Origin: Paraphysomonas bandaiensis
Taxonomy: Eukaryota > Protista > Chrysophyceae
DNA length: 64,000 bases
NCBI GenBank assembly: GCA_965644295.1
Contig: CBFFRP010000071.1
Span: 124,001 to 188,000, forward strand
Direction of reading: 5' to 3'
Below the pieces are notes generated by a model that saw only the letters and a program-made list of their open reading frames with translations, was not told where the DNA came from and ran no database searches. The position numbers were made by a program, and so were the translations under genes. Every line of letters begins with the position of its first letter. The first letter of the stretch is position 1. Positions 22,420 to 36,023 of this stretch are shown piece after piece.

Positions 22420-25400
22420 TCACAGCTGATTTAGTTTCTCTTTTTTCTTTTGCACCTTAAGTGCCATTTCTGCCATCAACCCCGCCATACCACCTTCAGG
22501 TTTACTTGGCAAGGGTGTCTGATTTTTAACTGCTTTTTTTGAAGTAGGCTTCGAAAGTTTTGCTTGTGCACCAAAAACGGATGCGCGACGCATGATGGAA
22601 CGTGATGGTTGGCGCAATTCCTCAGATTTATCACCGGTGCATTCATTCTCGCTGGTGGATTCCGTGACTTCATTTTCACGTTTTGCCAGTGAATCCATTT
22701 TGTTGGACATATAATCTTCTGCTTCGTCCTTATGAGACACCTCGTCGGGCACAATACTCTCCTCTTCTGGATCAAATGGGCCTTCATCCGACATATCTCT
22801 ACGAAATTATTAATACTAAGCAGAAAATCGAGAAAAATATAGTACAACCTGTAACAGGAAGTTCTAACCGAGGTCTTTAAAAATTGACGAATATCATTTT
22901 CAGATGGTGTTATTTGCGAAAAATCTGTTGTTTCTGGCGCCCATGGCAATTCCTGTTTGCACTTGGTCTGTAGACTCTGTAATACTCCCTGCATCAACTA
23001 ATTAGTCCTTAACTCACTTTAATTCTAACATATAACCTCTTTCCACGCTGCCTTATCCCCCTTCGCATCATTGTCAAATGTCTCTGGTAGAGAGGCAAAC
23101 ACAGCCCTTAACTCAATTTCATCCAACCCTTGTGGGCTATATTTCGACTGTAGATCAGCAATGTGAAGTCTTGCGATGCGAGACGAGTCCATACGGGTCA
23201 ACCACAACGCCTTTTTCATCCATACCCTCTTTGCCACACTCTTCGGAAGTTTGTCCTCAAGCATCACCAATGTGCAAGCTGAAGCAATCGAAGGTGGAAC
23301 AATAGTGCGCACCATTCGAAGTGCAATTTCGTTCACGGGCTTATTTTCCCTCTCCCACTTTTCTCTCCTTTCGGCCTCCTTCTTTTTATATTCAGGGTGG
23401 TTACGAACAAACTGATCCCACTTATCAAAATCCTTTGCTGCGTCTTCATCTCCTTCCATAAGACGCATCAAGGCTGCTTGAAGTTTCTGCTCGGCCTTCG
23501 GAAAAGTTACTACTTCAGCAACTGGCTGCGCCCCAAGCGACTCCACTTGACTAGTGAGAATATCAATTAACATGCGTTGCTTCTTCACTCGCTTCTTCAG
23601 ACGCAGCTGTTTGCCTCCGTCATCACTGTCATCCACATCGCCATCATCATCATCAACCGATTCTTCATCAGATGAAACATCAAACACAATATGCTGGTCC
23701 TTAATTCCTTTAGCATTAGACTGCAACGAGCGCGAGAGACTCGATGTCTGCTCTCCAGGAATCTTGAAACGCGTTCTTATAACCTCTAACTCCCTTTCAA
23801 TTTTACGATGAGACACTTCGACGAATTCCTTATCCACCTCAATGTCAATCTTTTCCATGATATAAGCACGTAACGCACTCTTCGTCTCAGAATCAGCTGT
23901 TTCATTGCTTCCATCACTCTCTATTAAGCGCCAACGCAAAGCTTCAATTGCTTTGTGCTTTTCTACAATTGATTGCTCTAATATAGCAAGATTCTTCTCA
24001 CATTCCTTCAAATTATCATTTGCTATTTCGATAGAAGCAATATCCGCATTTAATTCGCGCAGTTGGTTTTCACTGCGCGTATAGCTCTGCTCGAATGTAC
24101 TGATGTCTTCTAACGACGAGGACAAGTTGGACGCTTTCATTTCATTATATCGAACCAGCAATTCTTCTTCTTGTTGCTTCAACATATTCAGATCATACCC
24201 ATATCTCTTATCGGTCGCAGTCAAGGTTTCTAATTCTTTCGCTTTAACAGATTTGGAAGTTAACAAATCATGCATCGATTTTAGTTCAGATTCAAACGAG
24301 TTTATAGCTGCGCGCTTGTCAGTCAGTTCCTTCTCTTGTTTTCTAATGTTCTCTCTCAATGCTTCCCTGTCTGTGTGCAATTTCACAAGCAATCTATCCG
24401 GCCAGCCTGGACCTCCCAGAACAACAGACGACGTATTGCTAATTTCGTTCCTTTTCGCCACGTACTCCATTTTGAGGAATTGTGTAGCGCCATCAGCATC
24501 CTCCTCGAAGGAATTCATCAGAGCTAGTAAAGCATCGGAGTGTGAATCTGGCACGTGCGAGTTATTGCATACATCCCGCAGGCGTAGCTCAAGCTTTTCA
24601 GCTTCTATTTCCTGCCCAGTTAGACGATACAAGGAAGCAAGTCTGTCCACACTTGCAATAACTATTTCACTCGACTCACCATATATAGATGTCCGCATAT
24701 CGATTACTTCACTCATTATCGCCACTGCTTCACCCATACGCCCTTCCATGGCAGCAAGGTCGGATAGACTGTGCATCGTATTCGCCACACTACTATGAAT
24801 ATCGCCATAGTTCAGTTTACGAGAAGACAGTGCAGTATTGAGACATTCTCTAGCCTCTTGGTATCTGCCCATTGCAGCAAGTAGCATGCCCAAACTATTG
24901 TTAGCTACTGCAAGAGCAGGATGAAGTTTATTTTCAGACGAATAAAGCTCTGAGCGAATAGCCAGTGATTCACGCAATGCTTTCTCAGCATCGGTGTGCA
25001 TCAGCATGCTCTTCAATACGAGACCTAAATTGTTGAGAGAAACCGCAATGCAGAATCTACTATCTGAGCCTTCATATAATTTCCGCCTAATTTCAAGACA
25101 TTCATCAAGATGTTTGCGGGATTGGGCGAAATTTCCCTCTAAGTAGCACAGATGGCCTAAAACCTTCAATGATTCGGTCACAAAAACATGAAAATCGCCA
25201 AAAATTCGTCTCCTTCTCTCAAGAGCAAGGGAAATAAGCGATATAGCATCCTCATTTTTACCCTGTTGAGCTAATAGTGTCCCTAAATTGTGCATCGCAG
25301 TAGCAACATGCGGATGATTTTCGCCATGAACTCTGCGTAGTATATCGAGTGCCTTCTCATGCATTGTTTGAGCCTGTGCAAACCGTCCTTTACTGATCAA

Positions 25401-28400
25401 CACCCTGGCAAGGTTATTTAACGCCATTGCTATGCGGGGGTGATTTTTCCCATACTGACTGCTAAGAAGTGATACAGCCTAACAACCAGAGTAAGTTAAC
25501 CATATCATATATATCTGTATTGTTTCACCTTCTCATGAATGGGAACAGCTTCGTCGAACTTGTTCTCTGCAGACAACAGGGCGGCAATACTCCCCAGCGC
25601 AGACGCTGATACTACCACGGGTGCATCATTACTATCCTGTCCACTTCGATCGCCGTTTTCACCGTCCACGTGAAAATTCTCTGACGTACTCTCACCCAAA
25701 CGTCGGTATATTTTAATGGACTCCTCGCGGTGTCTCTTGGCTGCTCGTTCTTCACCTCTTTCACTGAACAAATCTGCCAGTAGCTCAAGTACGTGTGCTA
25801 TTGTCGCACTGTGCAACCCTGGTGCGGAGCGAAGCTGCTCAAGAGCAGCATCATAAAGCTCCCGTGCTGCCTCAAAATCATGCCTATCTTTCTTCAGGTC
25901 AGCAAGAGCACAGAGTTGCTCGGCAATAGCTTTCACCACACGACCGTCATCTCCATCATATTGTGTGTCACGTAACAATGCGAGAGCGCGGGATAGACAC
26001 AATTCCGCCTGCTGGTGATTAGATTGTGCGGAGTACATATCAGCTAAGGCATTCAAAGCTTCCACTGCAGAGTCCGTGCACATACACTTTTCACTTAAAC
26101 TCAGAACTTCATTAAGTATTTCTTCCGTCTCACTATACTTCGCTTGTGATTTATATATTTTTCCGATCTTACAGAGTACTGATGTACTTTGATTACTGTG
26201 AACACCATAGAGCTGTTTCATAATATCATACGCCACCTTGGCTTTCTCGACAGCAGCACAATAATTCCCTTGCTCGAGCAGCACATCGGATAGACGGAGG
26301 TACACTTCAGCCTTTTCATGCACCACAGAAGGAGATTGTATTGTCAGAGCATTTAAAGTCTCCAAAGCAGACAACAGCAGTTCTTCAGCAGAGCTGTACT
26401 TAGCCTGTGCAAAATCACACTCGGCAATGTCTACAAATACTGATGGAACACGTGAATGCACAAGGTCCTTATTAGTTATAGTTTCGTACACTCCAATCGC
26501 TTCACAAAGGGCAACTCTTGCATCATTATATCTATCAGAGGACATCAGCATTTTCGCTCGCCGTTGCAATAGTTTCGCTACAGATTCGCTCTGATCTCCT
26601 CGAATTCGAATTATGGTGTCCACAGCGCATTTGCTATGCCGCAGAGCATTATCAAGTTCATTCTGCATACACTTTACTTCAAACATACGTTCATGAAACA
26701 CGGATATCTTCAATTGGGTCGCTTCATCGGAAGGATTATCCTCAAGTATATGCTGCCATATTTCACAGAGTGACTTCAAACTTAGCTCCGCCACTTCATA
26801 GTTTCCTTGTGCAAACGAAACATCTGCCATTTCACTATATATATCCCCTATAAGTGGGTCAACACTAGGATGCTGTGAGACTTCCTGTCTACATTCAAGC
26901 GCCTCTAAGTAGCGCATACTAGCTTCCGCTAGCCTTCCCATCCTGAAGCAACACCAAGCAACACGCTGTTTCCACGTGGCAACCTCACCTGAGTGTGACG
27001 TACCAGAAGGGGCTAGTGTCGTTAAAATGTCGAGTGCACGAGTAGCCAGCACATGAGCTGTTGGGAATATACCTTTCTCAACCGCAAAGTGAAAAGCAGA
27101 TTCGCACAAATCAAAACAAACTCTCAACTCCGAAGTTGCTAAAGTCACCGCTCGCTCCACGTGAGAGAGAAGAGACTCTCTACTCACACCTTCATCCGAC
27201 CAAGCTTCTTCGCGAGGAGCATTATTTTCTGTTCCAAAATACCCCAGGAGAAATCGTATGATCTCCATTGACACTGTTTTCTCTCTTCCCTCCTGCTGAA
27301 GTGTGTACTGCACCGCATCTTGTACGCTTTTCTCCACTCCAATGGTTACAACAACTCGCTTACAACCACCCGATGATTCTTCATCTTCATCATCTTCCAC
27401 ACCATTCTGGTTTGTATTCATATCAAGGCGATGCTGAATTCGTATAATACCTAGTGCAACAAGCGGCTCCAATAAGCGCTTCACTTTTTCCTCCCTCTGC
27501 GAGTCACTCACATCCGCTTGATGGATATTTAGAAACTTTTTAAGTGTATCATTATCACATTGCATCGGCCACATCGAGTCTGCGCATAGTTGTGTTAGAG
27601 CTGTGTTTATATTCTTTTCAAGCTGTTTCTTAGAATATGCGGTCGATAGCTGTGGGAACTGGACCACCTGCATTTTAGCAGAGCACTTGTCCCGAATAGT
27701 GTTGAAGAAATATTCAATGTCGGAATATCTCCGATATACACTCCACGTGTACATCAACTCGCCACTCGTTTTAATCAGCCTAGGGAGGAGGGAATGAATC
27801 GTGACGATAAACTCTATATCCTGATCACTAGCTATTTCTTCTACAGCTGAGATAGACAAACGCATTGCAGTTGCAGGAATCACAGCACCCATTGAGGCCG
27901 CGTCGGACAGGCAGAGTGGCATATAAGATGGTCGAATCCAGTCAAATAGTATGCGAATGTCTACACTGTCTGAGCAAATAAAGCACATTAGGTCCATAAG
28001 TCGTTGGATTGTTCTATCACAAGCCGTTTCCATGTCCTTGGCTGTGTTAAGCCGCATGACCAGAGACTGATACGCCAACACCACTCTAGCGACGGCACTA
28101 TCGCATGACGGTACTGAAACATGTTCCGGCATAGAGGGCATCTCCTTCAGACGGTCAAGATATTCCCTTGGGCCAATCTCGCAAAATGAGCGATTTCGCA
28201 TGCAATTGATAGTTCTGAGCGCGCTTGCAAACCAGCTGGGTGAATAATCGAAATGCTGGAGCAGTTCGAGGATATCTGCTTTGCTGATGTCCCCAACAGT
28301 GCACAGACCTTTCTCTGCAATGGTCAATCCTTCTTCGCCGGATAGTGGGCATAATTCTATCACTCTAGGACGGGATTTGAATATAGTTCTCCATTGATTG

Positions 28401-29347
28401 GTATGGATACTGAGAGACAATGCAACCACTGTGCCATCTCCAGACTGAGGAATCATGTCGGACGTGACAAGCGAGGGGTCATCAGCCCCGTCTAATACTA
28501 GGAGATAAGGCATTGGTAGTCTTTCCATCCATCTAACAACTACAGATATAATAGCAGGAGCAGGGATTGAAGAAATGTCACTTTCCCATGTCATAAAACT
28601 GGGGTCGTTTCGAGCGATTCTCTGTGCCAGGTAACGAAAAGAAGATGTGATACTTGCCTGAGAGCAACAAGTGAGCCACACTACCGCTCCATATATTCCC
28701 TCTTCAATGCACTGGTATGTACACTCAAGAATTGTCTCCGAGCGGCCCATTCCACCAACACCTGCCTTGTTGACTACGCACATGTGTCGTGGCTTACCGG
28801 ATGGCCTCATCATTTCGCATACTTTAGAAATCACATCACACCGTGGAAAAAGAGACATGTTACGGTCCGGGAGGAATATCATAGGCCACAGGGAATTAAT
28901 CATTGCTTCACTGGATGCTCTGGAGCATACCCATGGTGATTTGACATTAGGTTGCTTAGCAGGAACATACACCCCTATTCTCTTAAGAAAGAGTATGAAT
29001 TTCGTCACTTCTTCATCAAAACTCTTGAAATGAACTACAGACTCCAATTCAATACGTGCCATAGTAGCCGAGTTAGCGTTTACGGTTTTATCGATAACAT
29101 TAGACTGTATATTCTGCAGACTCTTGTATAGACACTGCAACAAGTTCCGCATCTCAATATCTGCAGTTACACGCGTTAACGAGTAGCTATACGCACATTT
29201 CAAGGGCTGTCGTAAGTCCCTCAATATACCACATAATACACTAATATTCTGCAAGGATGATAGCAGTGCAAGTGCCCGATCATTGACAATGGAAGCATAA
29301 TCCATTATTATCTTCAGTAATTTCGGATTGTTTGTTGTTTTCTGCAT
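22420..29347 (-). CDS. Large NB-ARC/STAND-like + PX + TPR-repeat + coiled-coil protein, about 4 exons
   Basis: GVGGMGRS (Walker A-like), VVWL, LLVLDGADD (Walker B). PX-like WSVYRRYSDIEYF. Kinesin-light-chain-type TPRs (HPHVATAMHNLG, IAVSLNNLG). Long coiled coil. A 50-nt intron at 25479-25528 joins the 1280-aa and 800-aa ORFs, with further short introns near 23000-23035 and 22800-22850. Confidence 0.8.
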
Positions 29348-29970
29348 GTTTATTATGTGAAACTGATCAGAGACACTGATTGCAAAGATCTGTCCCGATA
29401 CTGTGCATGTGTAAGGCTCTCTGCACTGGTTGATTGGAGAGTTGCTTCAATTGAGGCTAAGTCCAACTGTGATTATTACACCCAATAAAATCATATTAAT
29501 TAGGACAAAATTTAATTTCATGTTGTGTAATAAAATTTTTATCCCATAAGATCACGATGAGGTCGTAGTGATTTGGTGTAAAATGAAATTTTGTTTTTTG
29601 TTTCGAAAAATTTTTTGAGGACAAGCAGACAGCAGAACACCCCATCTAGATTACGTATAGGTGTGATAGTATACAGAGTATATGTCACTGTATTTTGTGT
29701 ATACTGGATAGAGGCATATACGTATACCTACTCTATAGGATGCCTGTACTGCTGGTGTATACCATATACGATCGTAGTGTATTGCACATGCTGTGGTCGT
29801 GTATGTATGTACTGTATGTCACTGCTCTCTGTATGCAGCTGTACAGGCAGCAGCAGTATGCCTAGCAGTGAGCAGCACATACACACACATACATACACAC
29901 ACAAGTCTGTCTCCTCATAATATTATCTCATATTATTAAGCGCTTAGTATCCAGGACACGATAATCTAGG

Positions 29971-30621
29971 ATGTCTTTAGTGCCTCATTTCTGGAAGAAG
30001 TTGCTGCCTAAGCCAGTGTATGAAGCGGTAGTCTCATATATACATACAGTGGCCGCGCTATAGACTCATATTGTATTGCAGCTCTGCTTACTGAAATTTC
30101 ATCCGGATCGTGAGTTGAAATACACTGCTAGAGATAATAAAGTCAACCCTGCCTATGGATCGAACCCAACATATGGACCCACAAGCAAGAGAGATAACCC
30201 CTTCTCTGTGCTGAAATACACCTCTGATCCCAGAAATTTCAAGCCTGAGGTATGGTCCATCACATATCAGTGATGTAGTATTTTAATTCATGTTATTGAG
30301 TAGAATTTTACGATAGCGAACACTCGGTATGGTATGTTAAAGCTGCAAGAAGGTCAGAATCGTGCGAATTCGAAGGGCCAGGACATCCCTGCCGTTTTCA
30401 GTTATGACCCAACCGGTCTGTCTACTCCAGCGACAGCCACATGGGAAGCCTTGGACAAGGAACTCGCAAAAGTCAAGCCTACTCATTTTCCAAAGGATGG
30501 TCCCACTGAATTGGAGATGGCTGAGTACAGACTTGAGTGCATTGCCAAAGGAAGACCGGTGACCGAGCCACCTCACCGCTGGAAGAAGGTGTCTTCTCAC
30601 CGCCACATACTTCTCATTTAA
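29971..30621 (+). CDS. Small hypothetical protein, at least 3 exons
   Basis: MSLVPHFWKKLLPKPVYEA exon from 29971 joins ORFs 30076-30273 and 30334-30621 via short GT-AG introns. No family recognised. 3' end uncertain. Confidence 0.6.
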
Positions 30622-31075
30622 TTCTTCCCGTGCATGCTTTTTGGGTTTATGTTGTCGTAAAATATCGCATGTACTGAGATTTGAGGTGTACTACATTAGC
30701 TAGTGCGGGAATAAAGGCCGAACTGTCATAGAAACTGTGATTTCATGCCTTATTCTCGGAAAACCAAATAAATAAGTAATGAGTTCGAAACATGATGATG
30801 AAATGTGCAATGCGAATATATTTGAACTAATTGTAAAATGTTCTGTCACAATGTGTTTTAGTTTTGTATGGCACATGAGTGCATGATAAACAATGAACAC
30901 CCCAGTTTGCTAGATTAGAGCATCAGTGGCGTGTCCTATTTCTTCGTTCACAGCCATTGCTTAAAGCATTAATGATCAATATCTTAAAGTGGAAGTAATA
31001 TGAATTCGAATTAAAACTACTACTACAAAGCCAGTGGCAGAAAAAATTAGCCAACTCATATACAAAGTATTACTA

Positions 31076-34000
31076 TCAATCCTTTATAAGTTGTACATCG
31101 TTCTTATCCACGTATATATGGGAAGGACATTGCTCTGATATCATTCGCTGATATATATCCACTGAATTAAAAGAAAATATATTATTCGTTGTCACTTGCT
31201 GACCACGGGTGGTGGTTACAGAATACGGCACATGTCCAGCTAGTTCGGTGGTGGGAACGATATATAGTTGCCACTCACGATTATCTGTCTTTGATAGGGC
31301 CGCCCCCCATTTCCCCTGCCCTAATATATGGATCAGATTCTCGCCCATCCTGATGTTGGAGTGATCGCGGTAACCCTGCAAGTGTAATAAACTAAGTTCA
31401 CTCTCATTTCAAATCATATCAATGACACTCACCATGTACGCAGAATCTAATATTGTGGGAATGTTCTCCATATCCATCACAACCTCTGTGCGGACGTCCT
31501 TCCTATGTAAGTATTCCATCGCATCTATGATAAACTTTCCGTCGCTATTTGACACCATTACTGCAGGAATAGTGGTAGACCCTATCTTAGATGAAGTAGC
31601 ACGTGAAGCTGAACGGAAGGCGTCAAATCGCTAAAATTGTTCAAGTAGCAGGATGACTATACCTTGTGTTTTCTCTACGGGTGACGCTTCCGTACTTCCA
31701 GTATTCATACCCGACATCATGAACAAATTGGGCTGCAAACACTATGAGGTTAAAATACTATGCCATTCTGAGTAGTACCTCCGTGTTTACGACAATAACT
31801 CCCTTGGCTCCTCCATCTTCCGCATTGATAACCTTCTCTTCGAACATACAGTCACCACGGTCAGCTAACAAAACTTTGCCACCGTATGGTAGAGAATACT
31901 CCTGTTTAGTAGCCTTCTTAGATCCCCAATTAAACCACCCCCTGCTTGGTTCGGGCTCGAGTTCTGCGCCATCGGTGGAAGAATCTTTCGCATCCGGCAC
32001 GCGCTCGCTCCCGTCTGCATTCACTATAGTCGTTTTTACCTTGTGAGGTGAGTGACATGACTTAGTGTCTGTAGAATAATGTGGGGCGCCGACGACTGGT
32101 TCCTGAGGGAAAGTGGATATATGACCAGTTGGACCGAAAGATGCAATCGAACAACATCTGCATAAGCAATTAGGCATATAGACATCATCCAATAGCCGGA
32201 ATACCTTTTTTTCTCTAGTTCGGATGGAACGAACTGCTTGTCGAACTTTTTCGAACCCCAAACATTTTTTCCTGCATCTGAATTTACTTCCGGCCAGTAT
32301 GCATTCATATGTATATTGCAGGTGGATATCGTCCCATCCATAGATGCAACAACTGTGGATGAATGTGTGGTGTTGAATTCTTTGACAAAGACGGATGGCT
32401 GACCGACACCTGCTATTTCAATGGTGTTCCCATACTTCAAGCTGTTTATTATAAATCCATCCAAATAGACGTGAACCAAAAATGTTCCTAGCTTTCCCAC
32501 ATTAACTTCTACTACTTTTTCCACTCCTTCTCCTCCAGGTGCTGAGGGTGTTACAGGCTCATCACCAATCGGGCAAATGGAGCGAGGGTCAAAAGGATCA
32601 GCCTTTTTGTGCATGAGATTAAGTAGACTCGCCAGATCGAATACATTAGTAGGGTTGTCGGTTCCCTCACCAGCTCCCTCCACAGAAACCAGAGAACCCG
32701 CATGCTGATAAGGGCTGTAATTCCACCAATATCGTTTCGGGCATTGTAGATGTATCGAATGCAAAGACTTGCCCTCCTTCCAAGCTATGTACTCCTCGTC
32801 AGTATTTCCTACTTCGATAACTCCCTCTGTATCATCTTCACCGCCCTCCATACTGGGCCTATATATATCATCATCCGGATCAGCCCCAGTAAAATGGCTG
32901 AGTAGACGGTCGAAAAAATCATAGTAACCTTCACTTTCTCGGGGAGGAGTCTTAGCACTTACATCGCTGCACTCAAAGAGTTGCATTGGGTCAAAAGGGT
33001 GTGCCTCAGTGGAAAAAATATACCCCCGGTTGTGTACAAAGTTATTCTCATCAAAGAGCAAAAATAGATACTTGCATGTTTCTGACAAAAAAAATGATGG
33101 CATTGAATCTTCAAGCGCTCGGGTTGTCACATCTTTCACCGTTGCATATCCACATTCCGTCTTAGTGTGCATCTCTAGTGATCTCAAGAATTCCCTTCCA
33201 GCAGATAACCAGGATCGATCCCCAGTAGATCGGTAATGCAGATACGTACTTTCCACGAGCTCTGGACGCAGCGGATATAACTGAGATACTAAACCTGCTT
33301 TTCCAGGTGTCCACTGAACATAGTCGAATTCCTCAGGCAGGAAGCCCACATCACTCCACACAATGTAAAACGCATTTAGCAGCCTCGCACTTGAATCGGT
33401 TAGTCCTAGCATAGCCTCCATTCCAGGCCAGAAAGCCTGAAGATTTTCAGAGCGTTTCTTGCGTAACTTTCCAGAAAACATATCAACGTCTATGAACCAA
33501 TCACCGCTCATGGAATGCTTCTTCACGGCATGGTAAACTTCAGTGAACATGTGGTAATAGTCCTTGCGTCGAAAGAGGAGGTACGCCTTTAGAAGGTACT
33601 CATAAAAAGAATCACTATTACTACCTACACCGGAAAGGGTCTCGTGCCACTTGCCACTGCGGACGTGAATATGTTTACCGAGTAAGCCAAGGGCACTCCT
33701 CCTTTGAAACAGAGCCTCCGCTGCTTTCATAGCAGCAGCCCCGTACTTCGGATCTCCACTAAGACAGGAAAGCACCTCAAACTCCAGGACAAGGGAACCA
33801 GCTCCAGCAGTGGAAGCGAGCTCGGTCTCTCCCTTAGGCACACCTCGCAGTAAATTCACCGTACCGTAAGGAATTCCTGTCACAGTGCGAAAAGCAGGCA
33901 TCAGTCGATCCCCTAAATCCACAGCCAGATCAAGAAGTCGGCCGTCATATCCACCGTCAGCCTACGCAAAAGATCATATTATTTCAAACACAGATTATAC

Positions 34001-35169
34001 CAACATTGTACATACATATATTGCTAGCTCCGGGTCGACGGCCATCAGGTGTGCTGACAAGAGACCCCCAAGAATTCGGATTGTGGTTTCGAATACTGAC
34101 ACGCTCACATCAAAGTTGAACGATTCAATTTCTTGTGATATCAACCCGACAGCTTTCCTGAACTCACTGTGATTTCCCAGTACGACAAGGGTGTCTAGGG
34201 TATCCATGAGAGTGACGGCAGGTATTTTTATTAAATCAAATTTTCCGCCGGCACAGGAAAGAGGTTTTAGCTCCGCCTGCGAAATTGTCACAAAAAGGAT
34301 ACTACTACTGTCTTTCATACCTTTGGAAAGGCATGCTTCATATACGAATCATAGCCGTGATAAAACATACTACGTACTCTCTCTCTCAATTCCATCTGTT
34401 CCTGCTCCGAAACTGGAGATATATGAGGCACCTGCGACGCATTCAACACCCGGCTGGTAGTATGTGAGGCCGGCTCAGCTTTACTGTTTCCAGCACTTTG
34501 CTCTTCTGTGGGAAGTGGTAAGGGATTCATTCGAATCACATCTTGAATAGATGGAGGAGGCTTAGGGGGATACTTGCTGCGTCTCTCTCGGTCTCTTGCG
34601 TCGTCTAGCTCCTTTAGCCGTGCTCTATCGCACACAAGCTCTGAACAAATCTCCAGCTTGTAGTGGCAGGGGTCAGTTTCTTCTACATCATCTATAAATG
34701 TACCCAGACGTGTATCTACTCGTTTATGCTTGTGATTACGGTCCTTGTAGCGGCAACAATGGATAGAAACTGCTGCAGACCTCTTTATAGCAATATCACT
34801 ATCAGGCGGAATGCATTCCGCAGTTGGGCTCTCATAGAAGTGATCCAATTCATTGCTACCGTTGGAAATATAGTCACCAATATGATTCACTTCACTTGGC
34901 TCCTTATTCCTGCGGTGAAAGTGCAGTTGACTCACAGACTGCTCGTGACACCACCTGTAAGACCACCACCCGTTGCGAGCGTTATACGTCAAGCACTGAC
35001 CGCGCAACACATCCATTGTGCCCTTGACATCAGCTAGAGCATAATCGTCCATACGCTGAGACAGAGTAAATACATGTTAGTAACATCTGAGTGGATTTAC
35101 CTCTGAGCCGGAGCATAATAACACGTACATGGTATAGATAACAAGCAACTGAATATATATAAGACCCAT
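31076..35169 (-). CDS. Secretory-pathway EDEM-type GH47 alpha-1,2-mannosidase-like protein with N-terminal MRH (OS-9-like) lectin domain and C-terminal PA domain
   Basis: Signal peptide MGLIYIQLLVIYTMYVLLCSGS. MRH motifs GWWSYRWCH and VEETDPCHYKLEI. GH47 motifs MFYHGYDSYM, TLMDTLDTL, VSVFETTIRILGGLLSAH, DSFYEYLLKAY, YPLRPELVES, MPSFFLSETCKYL, FSTEAHP. PA motif DRGDCMFEEKVINAEDGGAKGVIV. Confidence 0.9.
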
Positions 35170-36023
35170 AGCTGCCCTACACTAACAGTGAACACCCGAT
35201 ACAACCACAGAGTGTAGGTGACAGATACTTGTATATACAAGACAATAGAATGATGTCAGTTCATGTCTGTGGTTTATGAGGTGGGTCTGGCGACATTATC
35301 ACCACACTTTAATTGTATATACACTCACCGTACATAGCTAGCAGAGTTCATAACTATAGCAGTGGTGTGGTACACATACACACACAGGTACAGGTACGCA
35401 CGTACACAGGTACACAACACATACAGAGTGTTCTGTATACCCTTGTATACGTTCATGTATTCACCCCGTATACATGACGGGACATACCACACAGTCTCAC
35501 CTTTCGGTGCGAGAATAATATGCTTTATACACAAATGAATCACATACAGTAAATAGACATAAACCCATGAAATGTATGTGGGAATGCAGACATTCCACAT
35601 TTGGCGACAATGGATGTATTAGATTGTTTGGATTTGTTAATGTGTTTTGGCTGTGTTTTGGGAATAAAATGGACAAAAAATGCACTTGGACCATTTTTTT
35701 GTAGGCTGACAAACGTACGATGACCGTCACACAGAATGTATTTGCATAGCCCGTATTTTAGAGGTATTTCTATATGTATTCCTGTGTACGGTTATGTAGG
35801 GGGGGGGGCAGTAGCATATAGTGCTGCTGTATATTGATATTGAGGTCTATGTATGTACTGCACTGTACTGATGTGCTGTATGTGTGTAACACACACAGGC
35901 AGGTATACACACAGTAGAGTTCTTAATAATCAACCCACCACCCAGACCGTACCATGTCTCCGGGGACAGTAACCGGAGGTGTTAAACCCCATAGTCCCTC
36001 CCTCTGATAATGCGGTGGATAGC

